Part shown: piece after piece, positions 27,507-36,643 of the stretch
How positions within the stretch are numbered: position 1 is the stretch's first letter
Layout of the letters: the number at the start of each line of letters is the position of its first letter
Assembly: GCA_965202785.1 (NCBI GenBank)
Contig: OZ241855.1
Coordinates: 384,001 to 448,000, forward strand
Direction of reading: 5' to 3'
Origin: Thermodesulfobacteriota bacterium
GTDB taxonomy: Bacteria; Desulfobacterota_D; UBA1144; Nemesobacterales; Nemesobacteraceae
DNA: 64,000 nt
Position numbers and translations under genes: made by a program
The notes under the pieces: generated by a model
Told to the model about the DNA's origin: nothing
Database searches by the model: none
Seen by the model: only the letters and a program-made list of their open reading frames with translations

Positions 27507-27959
27507 ATGAAAGTAATTCTGATTTCCGACGTTGAAAACATAGGAAGCGTTGGAGACGTAAAAGACGTGAGAAACGGGATGGCGAGGAACTATCTTTTTC
27601 CCCGCAAGCTCGCGATAAAGGCAACCGAGGCAAACCTTAAGGCTTGGGAAAGCAGGATAGAGGCGATAAGACTGCGCAAAACCGAAATTCTCGAAAACGC
27701 AAAGGCGCTAGCGGAGAAACTCAGAGGTCTTGAGATTTCCATATCCGCCAAGTCAGGGGAAGAAGACCGGCTGTTTGGATCAGTTACCTCGCAGAACATT
27801 TCCGATGCGCTAGCGGAGAAAGGATTTGAGATCTCAAGGAGGGATATAGCGCTTGACGGCACTATAAAAGCCCTTGGAACATACACGGTCGCTCTTAAGC
27901 TTCATACGGACGTGACCCAGCAGATAACCCTGAACGTCGTGAAGGAAGAAGAGCAGTAG
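27507..27959 (+). CDS. rplI: 50S ribosomal protein L9
   Basis: MKVIL..DV..IG..GDV..V..G.ARNYLFP, LFGSVT, IKALG. Confidence 0.97.
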   Translation: MKVILISDVENIGSVGDVKDVRNGMARNYLFPRKLAIKATEANLKAWESRIEAIRLRKTEILENAKALAEKLRGLEISISAKSGEEDRLFGSVTSQNISDALAEKGFEISRRDIALDGTIKALGTYTVALKLHTDVTQQITLNVVKEEEQ

Positions 27960-28009
27960 AGTAGGAAAAAGCAGAAAGACTTATTGGCGTTTTTTCGGAG
28001 GAAAACCAC

Positions 28010-28819
28010 ATGTCAGACAGTTTAAAGACCCCACAGTTTGCACCGGTAGGAGAAAAAGAGGTCACCCGGGCCATAGTCGAGGGATTCTCGGATGAATTCA
28101 GCGAATACATTACAAGCGACGTCATAATCGTCGGCGCGGGGCCAAGCGGGCTCGTGGCGGCAAAGGACATAGCGAAAAGAAAGTACAAGGTTCTGCTCGT
28201 TGAAAGAATGAACTACCTCGGAGGAGGATTCTGGATCGGCGGATACCTGATGAACAAGGTTACCGTACGCGCCCCGGGCCAGACGGTTCTCGATGAGATT
28301 GAAGTACCGTATGAAGAGGTCTCCGAAGGACTTTTCGTCGCCGATGGCCCTTACGCCTGTTCGAAGTTGATAGCGACGGCGTGCGAAGCCGGGGCTAAAG
28401 TGAGGAATATGACTCTGTTTGACGATCTGGTTTACAGGGAAAACGGAAGGGTCGCGGGAATAGTGATCAACTGGACGCCCATCGCAAACATGCCCAAGGA
28501 AATAACCTGCCTTGACCCCGTAGCAATAGAATCAAAACTGGTAATAGACGCCACAGGGCACGATGCCTACTGCGTTTCCAGGCTCTCCCAGCAGGGTCTT
28601 TACAAAAAACTTCCGGGTCACGGATCGATGTGGGTCGAGAAATCGGAAGAGGCACTCGTTGAATACACGGGAGAAGTGCACCCCGGTCTGCTCGCATGCG
28701 GAATGGCAGTTAACACCACCTTCGGGCTTCCGAGGATGGGACCCACTTTCGGCGGGATGCTGCTTTCCGGGAAAAAGGTAGCCCAGGTGGCGATAAACAT
28801 CCTTGATGAAATGGACTAG
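28010..28819 (+). CDS. thi4: THI4-family thiazole synthase (Cys-type active site)
   Basis: [25 protein letters not shown]......[29 protein letters not shown]. Confidence 0.92.
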   Translation: MSDSLKTPQFAPVGEKEVTRAIVEGFSDEFSEYITSDVIIVGAGPSGLVAAKDIAKRKYKVLLVERMNYLGGGFWIGGYLMNKVTVRAPGQTVLDEIEVPYEEVSEGLFVADGPYACSKLIATACEAGAKVRNMTLFDDLVYRENGRVAGIVINWTPIANMPKEITCLDPVAIESKLVIDATGHDAYCVSRLSQQGLYKKLPGHGSMWVEKSEEALVEYTGEVHPGLLACGMAVNTTFGLPRMGPTFGGMLLSGKKVAQVAINILDEMD

Positions 28820-28866
28820 AGACTGGGACAGTCTCCCGTTTATTGCCGCGTAGCGGGGCGCAGTCT

Positions 28867-29619
28867 TTACCGCCTTTTTGCTATTTTTCTTATTTCCCTC
28901 TCGCACTCGGCGCATAAAAAGCCCGAGTACTGTATATCAAGAACTTCTTTCTGCCAGTGCGAATTAAAAAGCGCGCATTTGCCGTTTTCACAGAACTCCT
29001 TCCCGGAGAAATGATGCAGAAGAGGCTGAAGCACGTAGGGACCTGTTATCTTCGTTATCCTCTCGTCTTCGTAATCGACAAACTTTCCCCGGAACGCCTC
29101 GTCAAGCTCTGAGAGATTCTTTCCCGACCGGATAAACTCCGCCTTCAGAAAATAATACTCCCTGGGTCTTGCCGGGCCTTCCACAAGTCCCGTGGTTGAA
29201 ATAAAGGACGGAAATCCCGAGATTATAACCCTTGCGTGGTATCTCCGGGACCCGTAAGTGCCGAGCAGTCTTCCCGTGATAACCGCGTGAAAGCCGTTTT
29301 CCGAGAGTTCGCCGGGATGCTTTCTAAGAAAAAATTTCGAGAATATTCTCTGAACCCAGAAACCGTCATAAAGCTCCTTTTCAAACGGTTCGGACGGCGG
29401 ATGAGTTTCGAAGAAATCAACGGGCGTTTCAATGTTGAGAACCCTAGCCATCGAGAGGAAGGATTCAAGTTCGGACATCTCCTCGGCCGCAAGCGAGAGA
29501 TAGGTAAGAAAGTCCCCGCGAAACTCAACCGAAAGACCCAGATTCGTGAGAAAATCCGTTACGTCCTGAATGACAAGCGATTGCGAAGGACTGTCAGAGT
29601 AAAGGTATACGGGGAACAT
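28867..29619 (-). CDS. DUF6775-like putative zinc metallopeptidase (archaemetzincin-like C-terminal Cys cluster)
   Basis: LYDGF, RYHARVII, ISTTGLVEGPARPREYY, FCENGKC.LFNSHWQ....LC..C. Confidence 0.6.
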   Translation of the reverse strand: MFPVYLYSDSPSQSLVIQDVTDFLTNLGLSVEFRGDFLTYLSLAAEEMSELESFLSMARVLNIETPVDFFETHPPSEPFEKELYDGFWVQRIFSKFFLRKHPGELSENGFHAVITGRLLGTYGSRRYHARVIISGFPSFISTTGLVEGPARPREYYFLKAEFIRSGKNLSELDEAFRGKFVDYEDERITKITGPYVLQPLLHHFSGKEFCENGKCALFNSHWQKEVLDIQYSGFLCAECEREIRKIAKRR

Positions 29620-29640
29620 TGAAGCAAAACTCCCAGTTTC

Positions 29641-30114
29641 TCAGAAATCATAGCCGGAGGAGAACTCGGCTACGATTTCAATTTCCACCGGGGAGTCCAT
29701 CGGAAGTGCGGGAACTCCCACCGCAACCCTCGCGTGGCGTCCGTTCTCAGAGAGTATGTCGGAGAAGAGCTCTGAGGCACCGTTAACCACCTTGTGCTGT
29801 TCCGTAAATCCGGGGGCGCTGGCCACGTAACCCGTCACTTTCACGATCCTGCTCAGCTGGCGAAGATCTTCCAAGGTATGACTGATCACGGAAAGGCCGT
29901 TTATCGCCGCAAGCCTAGCCGCTTCGTAGCCCTCCTCAACCGCAAGATCGGACCCCACTTTGCCCAGGAAGAGAAGCTTTCCTTTTTCAACGGGAAGCTG
30001 GCCTGATACGAAAATCAGATTGCCCGACACAGTAGCAGGAACATAGCTTCCCAAGGCCGGAACCTCCTCCGCAAGCTCGATTCCAAGTTCTGCGAGTTTT
30101 TCCTCTATCATCAC
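29641..30114 (-). CDS. RidA/YjgF family protein
   Basis: VSGQLP, GKVG, IVKVTGYVAS...F..Q..V.NGASEL, GRHAR.AVGV..LP...PVEIE. Confidence 0.9.
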   Translation of the reverse strand: MMIEEKLAELGIELAEEVPALGSYVPATVSGNLIFVSGQLPVEKGKLLFLGKVGSDLAVEEGYEAARLAAINGLSVISHTLEDLRQLSRIVKVTGYVASAPGFTEQHKVVNGASELFSDILSENGRHARVAVGVPALPMDSPVEIEIVAEFSSGYDF

Positions 30115-31511
30115 TCGTCCCCTGTCTTTACGCCAAGATATATTGTCCTTCCCTTGCGCTCGATAAGGAAAAGCAGGGTTTCCTTCGACCCGTGCTCCTC
30201 AAGCGCTTCCTGATATTCGTCGAGTCCGCCAACGGCATCTCCGTTTACCTCCAGTATCACGTCGCCCGGGAGAAATCCTGATTCGGAGGCGAGGCTCCCG
30301 CGTGCAACTCTTGCGATAATGACTCCGCCCGACGCCTTGATCTGGAACCGGCTTCTGAGTTGCTCGGTTATCTCGCTCACTTCAATGCCGAGTTCCTCCT
30401 CCGTTTTCAGCTTGTCGGGGGATTCCTCGATTTTTTCGTTCTCGGGATGTTCGATAAGCTTTATGGTAAATACCCTCTCCTTCCCGTCGCGAAGCACCAC
30501 GAATTTCGTATCGACCCCGGGTTTGGTAAGCGCCAGCTTTCTTGCAAGCGTAGCGGCGTCCGGAACCTTCTCCCCTTCGACGGAAACAATAACGTCTCCC
30601 CTTCTGATGCCCGCCTTGTCCGCCGGACTTCCTTCCTTGACCTCGGACACTAGTCCTCCCTTGTCGCGGTTGATCCCGAGAGCTTCGGAGATTTCCGGGG
30701 TTAGATCCTGAATCATTATTCCGAGCCAGCCCCTGACAACCTTTCCATGAACCTTGAGGTGCTCAACGACAGTCTTCGCCATGTTTATCGGTATGGCGAA
30801 ACCAAGGCCCTGGCCGCGGGCCATGACCGCAGTGTTCACGCCCACCACCTTGCCCTCATAGTCAAAAAGCGGTCCCCCGCTGTTTCCGGGGTTAATAGCC
30901 GCATCGGTCTGAATGAAATTGTCGTATCGCCCGATTCCAAGAGCCCTCCCCTTCGCGCTGACTATCCCGGCGGTAACCGTGTGACCCAGGCCGAAAGGGT
31001 TTCCGATGGCGAATACCCCGTCTCCTATAGCAAGGGCCGAGGAATCGCCCATTTCCACCGCGGGAAGAGGCTCTTCGGGATCGATTTTCAGCAACGCCAG
31101 ATCGGTTGCGGGATCGGTGCCGACTATCTTGGCAGTGTATTTCTTGCCGCCTTCAAGTATCACCTCGATCTCTTCGGCTTTTCTTACGACGTGGTTATTG
31201 GTAATTACGTAGCCGTCGGAACTCATTACGAAGCCGGAACCGAGTCCCTTGTTCCTGAATTCCCTCCCCGGCGTCTGCTCGGGGAAAAACTTTTCGAAAA
31301 ACTTCTTGAAATATTCATCCTGGTACGGAGAAGCAAACGGCGACGCCTTTATCACGTTCGTCGTACTTATATTAACGACCGAAGGGGTAAGACGCTTTAC
31401 CGTTGGCGAGATGGAATCGGAGGAACCATGGGAGAAAGCTTCCGATAGAGAAAACGAGAAAACCGTCGGCACAATGAAGAAAAAAAGCAGATATCTAAGT
31501 GAGTTCATCAA
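30111..31511 (-). CDS. DegP/DegQ serine endoprotease with two PDZ domains
   Basis: Signal peptide; GLGSGF, TNNHVV, TDLAL, QTDAAINPGNSGGPL, two PDZ segments. Confidence 0.94.
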   Translation of the reverse strand: MMNSLRYLLFFFIVPTVFSFSLSEAFSHGSSDSISPTVKRLTPSVVNISTTNVIKASPFASPYQDEYFKKFFEKFFPEQTPGREFRNKGLGSGFVMSSDGYVITNNHVVRKAEEIEVILEGGKKYTAKIVGTDPATDLALLKIDPEEPLPAVEMGDSSALAIGDGVFAIGNPFGLGHTVTAGIVSAKGRALGIGRYDNFIQTDAAINPGNSGGPLFDYEGKVVGVNTAVMARGQGLGFAIPINMAKTVVEHLKVHGKVVRGWLGIMIQDLTPEISEALGINRDKGGLVSEVKEGSPADKAGIRRGDVIVSVEGEKVPDAATLARKLALTKPGVDTKFVVLRDGKERVFTIKLIEHPENEKIEESPDKLKTEEELGIEVSEITEQLRSRFQIKASGGVIIARVARGSLASESGFLPGDVILEVNGDAVGGLDEYQEALEEHGSKETLLFLIERKGRTIYLGVKTGDE

Positions 31512-31558
31512 AATTACGCTCCGGAATCAAAAATTTTTTAAACCGAGGGACACTGATC

Positions 31559-32785
31559 TCAAAGGGGATCTTTAAGCATGTTGTCCCAGTACCTGAAAAG
31601 CTGCCTGCTCGAATACGCCCTCACAATATAATCACGAATAGACGAAAGAACACCGCTTTCGGTGTATATGAATTTCCCCATGATCCTTGACTGGTTCTGA
31701 ACTTTGTTCACCCTTCCCTTTCTTCTTGACTCATACTGCCAGAAGGCGTGAGTGAGGTTCACTGAATCGGTTCTGCAAAGTTCCTCGGCCAAAACGGCTG
31801 CCGATTCCATCGCCATTGATACGCCGGCGCCGGCGTTCGGCAGTATCGCGTGAGCCGAATCTCCGACAAGCACCACTCTTCCTCGCGACCAGCTATTCAT
31901 TCTGAGGTCGTTGTACTCGTCATAGTAAATATTACGGGGGTCATCAAGACTGCGCAGGATTTCCGGCACCACGCCTCCGAACTCGGCAAAACTCTGACGG
32001 ATGCTATCTATTCTCGTATCAACGCTGTCCCGGACGCCGGATTCTCTCCTCACGCTAGTGAAAATGGCAAGACGTCCGCGCGTCGGCCACATCCCGAGAA
32101 ACTTCCCCTTCCCCCAGTACTCTATGATCCCTTCGCTTTTGCAGAAGTCCGGGTTGACCCAGAAGCCCCACCCGGACATGCCACTGTAGCGAAGCGGTAT
32201 GTCGCCGAAGATCTCCTTCCGAACTCTTGACCTTATCCCGTCACATCCTATAACGAGATCGTAGGTTCCCGTGCTTCCGTCGCTGAATACCGTCTCGACT
32301 CCATCCCCGGTGTCCGCAAGGGAAACAACCGTGGTGTCCATCCTGATCGAATCATCGCCTACAGCACTCAGAAGTATGTCTATCAGATCAGGGCGGTAAA
32401 TGCTTATTATGGGGCCGTACTTCTCAACCACGGAATCAATCGTGTAGCTGTTTATAACCTTGCCCCTGTAGTTGGAAATGTTGTAATCGGTAAAAGCGCA
32501 GCCTCGCTCCCTGAGCAGTTCGTAAAGGCCGAGCCCCTTGAGTATCCTGCTGCCCGAGGGCCAGACCACTATCACGTACCCCACATCCCCGAACCTTGGA
32601 GCCCTCTCTACAAGGGTAGGACGGAAGCCCCGCTGCTCGAGAAGCCCGCAGAGCGTAAGTCCGGCAACGCCAGCGCCGACGATAAGAACGCTCATGCCGG
32701 GACCGTAACGGACACTGCCGTTTGAGGGCATGGGTGCGTTCTCAGCCCGGTTCATGGTTCTCTCCGCTTTATCCTTAAAATCCAA
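31559..32785 (-). CDS. FAD-dependent monooxygenase (group A flavoprotein aromatic hydroxylase-like)
   Basis: IVGAGVAG, GCDGIRS (DG motif), GRVVLVGDSAH...P..GAG.SMAME; start uncertain (TTG 32785 or a later ATG). Confidence 0.85.
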   Translation of the reverse strand: MDFKDKAERTMNRAENAPMPSNGSVRYGPGMSVLIVGAGVAGLTLCGLLEQRGFRPTLVERAPRFGDVGYVIVVWPSGSRILKGLGLYELLRERGCAFTDYNISNYRGKVINSYTIDSVVEKYGPIISIYRPDLIDILLSAVGDDSIRMDTTVVSLADTGDGVETVFSDGSTGTYDLVIGCDGIRSRVRKEIFGDIPLRYSGMSGWGFWVNPDFCKSEGIIEYWGKGKFLGMWPTRGRLAIFTSVRRESGVRDSVDTRIDSIRQSFAEFGGVVPEILRSLDDPRNIYYDEYNDLRMNSWSRGRVVLVGDSAHAILPNAGAGVSMAMESAAVLAEELCRTDSVNLTHAFWQYESRRKGRVNKVQNQSRIMGKFIYTESGVLSSIRDYIVRAYSSRQLFRYWDNMLKDPL

Positions 32786-32813
32786 AAAAGACCGCCTTCA
32801 TACTACAGACAGA

Positions 32814-34313
32814 TTATAAACTATTTTCGAAAGACTGCTTAATGCGGTTTTTGATTACCTTTTCCGTTGAGTTTCTCGGAAGCGAGGAAAGCAGCAGAAG
32901 CCGGGTCGGAAGCTTGTACCGGGCAAGCTTGCCGGAGGCCCAGTCGCGAAGCTCCTCAAGGTCAATCGAGAGACCTTCCCTTAAAACGAGCGCCGCCCCC
33001 ACCCTCTCTCCCCAACTCGGATCGACGACCCCTACAACCGCGCACTCTTCGACAAGAGGATGCTCCCTAAGCACCTCCTCGATTTCAAGGGCGGATATCT
33101 TGTATCCACCCGACTTTATTATGTCCACGGATTCTCGCCCGAGTATCCTGCAGGAGCCTCCGCGTTCCAACAATGCGATGTCTCCGGTTTTGAACCATCC
33201 GTCGCAAAAGGCACTTTCCGTCTCCCGCGGTTTTCCCCAGTATTCGAGAAACACGCCTTTTCCCCTTACCCTGATCTCCCCCTGCTCTCCAACGCCCAGC
33301 AACCCACCGTTCTCGTCGAAAATTCCCACCTCGACTCCAGGCATTGCGAACCCCACGCGTCCCGGCAGTCTTTCACCCCTGTAAGGATTCGAAAGGGCCA
33401 TTCCTATCTCGGTCATTCCGTATCTCTCAAGAAGCACTTGCCCGCTTATCTCTTTCCATTTTTCAAGAACGGACACTGGAAGAGCCGCAGAGCCGGAAAC
33501 CATGAGACGAAAGCCAAGAAGACAATCTCTCATGCGTCTCCTCTCCGCAACCGAAAAATCATCCCAGATGTCTATAAGCTTGGAGTAAACAGTGGGAACA
33601 GCCATAAACAGGGTCAGGTCTTTTTTCTTAAACCTCTTCCATGCTTCCCGGGGGTTGAACCCGTCCATCATCACGCATCTGGCGCCGGACCAAAGGGAGC
33701 AGAGAACGACGTTCAGTATTCCATGGAGATGATGAAGGGGCAGGATGTTGAGTATCGAATCTTCAGAGGTCCACTCCCACGCCTCCGTCATGCTGTTTAT
33801 CTGGGCTTTTATGCCGAGATGAGTCGAGACCACTCCCTTGGGTCTAGAGGTAGTGCCGCTTGTGTATATGATCATCGCTTTTCTCTCTTCGGAAATGCCG
33901 GGAAGTTCTCCGCGGACGGGCTGCAGAATATCCGGAAGTTCCCGCAGTCGCACTTCGGCACCAAAGCTCGCTCCCTCGAGCTTACGCGCAAGGTCCGGAT
34001 GAAAAACCACAGTCTCCGCGCCGGAGTCCCCCACGACGTATTCTATTTCTCTTGGCGAATGGGCAAGACCCAAGGGAACGGACACCCCTCCCGCCATCCA
34101 TAGGCCGAGCTTAAGGGCTACGTACTCGAATCCAGGGGGAACAATAAAGGCAACCCTTTTCTCCTCAAGATCTCTTTTGTCCCCAAGAAGGTTAAGGGCC
34201 GCAAAACGCGAAACGCGAAGCAAGTCGGCGTAAGTGAAACTCCCCGTCCAGTCTTCAACCGCGGTCTTTTCTCCGAACCCTGCTGCCCTTTGTATAAGTT
34301 CAATTTCCGCCAC
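32814..34313 (-). CDS. Acyl-CoA synthetase, malonyl-CoA synthetase (MatB/ACSF3)-like
   Basis: YTSGTTSRPKG, LPLHHLHG, FMAVPTVY, SGSAALP, ERYGMTEIGM, FKTGD, IIKSGGYKISALEIE. Confidence 0.82.
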   Translation of the reverse strand: MAEIELIQRAAGFGEKTAVEDWTGSFTYADLLRVSRFAALNLLGDKRDLEEKRVAFIVPPGFEYVALKLGLWMAGGVSVPLGLAHSPREIEYVVGDSGAETVVFHPDLARKLEGASFGAEVRLRELPDILQPVRGELPGISEERKAMIIYTSGTTSRPKGVVSTHLGIKAQINSMTEAWEWTSEDSILNILPLHHLHGILNVVLCSLWSGARCVMMDGFNPREAWKRFKKKDLTLFMAVPTVYSKLIDIWDDFSVAERRRMRDCLLGFRLMVSGSAALPVSVLEKWKEISGQVLLERYGMTEIGMALSNPYRGERLPGRVGFAMPGVEVGIFDENGGLLGVGEQGEIRVRGKGVFLEYWGKPRETESAFCDGWFKTGDIALLERGGSCRILGRESVDIIKSGGYKISALEIEEVLREHPLVEECAVVGVVDPSWGERVGAALVLREGLSIDLEELRDWASGKLARYKLPTRLLLLSSLPRNSTEKVIKNRIKQSFENSL

Positions 34314-34414
34314 GAAGCCTTCTTTAACCTCCCGGTTTTTTGTTTATAATAATAAGACCTTAAGCACCGGCCCGCAATCCTCTGTAGGCGGGCTGTTTTC
34401 AGTCAGTTACAGCC

Positions 34415-34963
34415 ATGGCGCAGCAACGTGAAATCACCGAACTTGGAAACCCCGTGCTTAGGCAGAGAGCCGAAAGCGTCGAGAACATAAGCAATCCGAA
34501 AATCCAGGAGCTGATTGACGACTTGATCCTGACGGCCGCCGAAGCAAGCGGAGTCGGAATCGCTGCTCCCCAGGTATCCGAGTCTCTTCGGATCTTCATA
34601 ATCGCCGGAACTGCGAGTTCACGGTATCCCGATGCCCCTGAAACGGAAGTCAGAGTGATAATCAACCCTGAAATAGTTTCAGTGTCCGACGAGCTGGAAA
34701 AAGGCTGGGAAGGATGTCTCAGCATTCCGGGGCTCCGGGCGCTTGTGCCGAGACATAAATACATCCGGGCGACATACAGGGACAGGAACAACAATCTCGT
34801 CGAAGAAGATTTCTTGGATTTCGCGGCGAGGGTGTTCCAGCACGAATACGATCACATAAACGGAGTGGTATTTCTTGACAGGGTCGAGAGTTCGCTGGAG
34901 ATAATCACGGAAAACGAATACATGAAACTTGTTGCCGAATCCAATTCCGAGGAGGAGGAATAA
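34415..34963 (+). CDS. def: Peptide deformylase
   Basis: GVGIAAPQV, EGCLSIPG, QHEYDHING. Confidence 0.96.
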   Translation: MAQQREITELGNPVLRQRAESVENISNPKIQELIDDLILTAAEASGVGIAAPQVSESLRIFIIAGTASSRYPDAPETEVRVIINPEIVSVSDELEKGWEGCLSIPGLRALVPRHKYIRATYRDRNNNLVEEDFLDFAARVFQHEYDHINGVVFLDRVESSLEIITENEYMKLVAESNSEEEE

Positions 34964-35005
34964 AACTGTCCGCGGGAGCGGAAAAACCAAATTAAGGAGA
35001 AATTC

Positions 35006-36316
35006 ATGAGCGAATACCCAGAAGGTCTTGATCACGCCATAGACCACGGTTTCTATGACGCCGTTTTCCAGAGAAGGTCCCGTCGCTTCGGCCTCGGAAT
35101 GGAGATCGAAAGGGGACCCCTGCAGTACAAATCCAAGCACGACCCGGTTCCCTTGTCAGAACTTGAGGAAGCCATACTGGTGTGGACGGGCCTCGGCATA
35201 AAGAACATAAACCTCTCTGATTTTCCCCCTCATGTGGGTCTTGACCTTGAGATGCAGTTTACGAGCAAGACTATCCCTGCCCTAGGAGACGTGCACAGAA
35301 CAGAGCTTTTCTATACGAATGATGAGGGGCTCTACATGATAAAGATGCATGATCGGCGCGCCGAGGATTTTGAGGGTCTCGAGAAAATGACTCGCCACCA
35401 GAGAGTGGACCGGATACTTGAACTGTTCCGCGAATCCAAGATCAAGCTTTCTGACGGAAGGGCGGACCTGCCCTCAAAGCCTCCGGGAATCGCCGCTCAC
35501 AATCTCTGGAACGTGAACAAGCCCGGAACGACGGTGTTCATGCCGGTAACCGATCTTTCGGCATGCATAATCAATCTCTACTTCTTCTACATGAGGCCAG
35601 ACCATAGGTTTAACTTCGTCGATGAGCTCCACAGCCTGAGACCGCCCGGAACCGCGCACTGGCTTGAGCAAGGTTTTCTTGACAAGTCGAAAAGAATGCC
35701 ACTTGTCGAAGCGGAACTTCGCTTTGCCAACGGTTACATTGCGGAACAGGCCTTTATGGGACAGAACATGGTCCTGGCGCTTCAGACAATGGGTCTCGGA
35801 GGATGGCTTTTCAGCGGATTCGCAAGCATGTTCATGCTCGGGGGAACCCCTTTTCACAGGGGACTGGGTTTTCGGTTCGCGACTCCGAAGATACAGGGCG
35901 ACACGGGAAACCCGAACCCAGTCGCCGTAGGCCGAGATAATCTGTTCCAAGCGTTCTGCCCGCCTTACTACAAGGACATGGGAGAAGCTGTAGAAGCGTT
36001 TAACGACATGAAATGGACAAACTGGGAATCGCACAAGCTTCCCTACAAGGACCCGACAGGTGTGCTTGCGGAGGTTGAAAGACCCAGCAAAGACGAAATT
36101 CAGGTTGTAAAAGATATATGCAACTACGTTTACGATACATACGGAAGGTTCCCGGCTTTCTCTGATCCCATGTTCCTTCGGTTCATGGTGCAGGCCCATC
36201 ATCTGGACCTGGATTTCTATGATAAGTACTACCCGCCCGGAGCTTATACGGAAGCGCACAAGAACCATTTCTCGCGCTGGCATCCCGATATTCCCGATCC
36301 GTTCTCGGACAGATGA
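35006..36316 (+). CDS. Uncharacterised protein with nitroreductase-like FMN-binding motifs
   Basis: N-terminal RRSRRF, PLSELEE; later QNMVLALQTMGLGGW; SD AAGGAG. Confidence 0.6.
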   Translation: MSEYPEGLDHAIDHGFYDAVFQRRSRRFGLGMEIERGPLQYKSKHDPVPLSELEEAILVWTGLGIKNINLSDFPPHVGLDLEMQFTSKTIPALGDVHRTELFYTNDEGLYMIKMHDRRAEDFEGLEKMTRHQRVDRILELFRESKIKLSDGRADLPSKPPGIAAHNLWNVNKPGTTVFMPVTDLSACIINLYFFYMRPDHRFNFVDELHSLRPPGTAHWLEQGFLDKSKRMPLVEAELRFANGYIAEQAFMGQNMVLALQTMGLGGWLFSGFASMFMLGGTPFHRGLGFRFATPKIQGDTGNPNPVAVGRDNLFQAFCPPYYKDMGEAVEAFNDMKWTNWESHKLPYKDPTGVLAEVERPSKDEIQVVKDICNYVYDTYGRFPAFSDPMFLRFMVQAHHLDLDFYDKYYPPGAYTEAHKNHFSRWHPDIPDPFSDR

Positions 36317-36365
36317 GAAGTTGTGCCATCATTGACCTTTTCTCTCTCGGGAGAAACCGCGCAGG

Positions 36366-36590
36366 TTAATCCCGCTTTCTGCCGAAAATGCACCTGAACG
36401 GTTGCTTTACGAGAAATAGAACGACCTGAAGGTTGAGTAATACCCCCGCGAAACTCAGAAGGTCGGAGGGCTTCATGTAGATTTGCGAATCCCAAACCCC
36501 CATCTGCCCGCTTATCACTATGAAGTCGCCCTCAACGGACGATTCCTTCACCGTTATCTCAAAATCCCCGGCTGGGCTGGTTACTTTCAT
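36366..36590 (-). CDS. Small hypothetical protein
   Basis: 74 aa, SD GGAG, upstream TATAAT; beta-rich N-terminus (G.MGVW) and hydrophobic/basic C-terminus. Confidence 0.6.
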   Translation of the reverse strand: MKVTSPAGDFEITVKESSVEGDFIVISGQMGVWDSQIYMKPSDLLSFAGVLLNLQVVLFLVKQPFRCIFGRKRD

Positions 36591-36643
36591 TAAAACTCTC
36601 CCGTAACAGATTAAAAACCTCTGGGTTCATTATACCGGAATCC

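Noticed and set aside
27960-28009. TPP riboswitch before thi4
   Set aside because: The gap is only 50 bp and lacks the CTGAGA core
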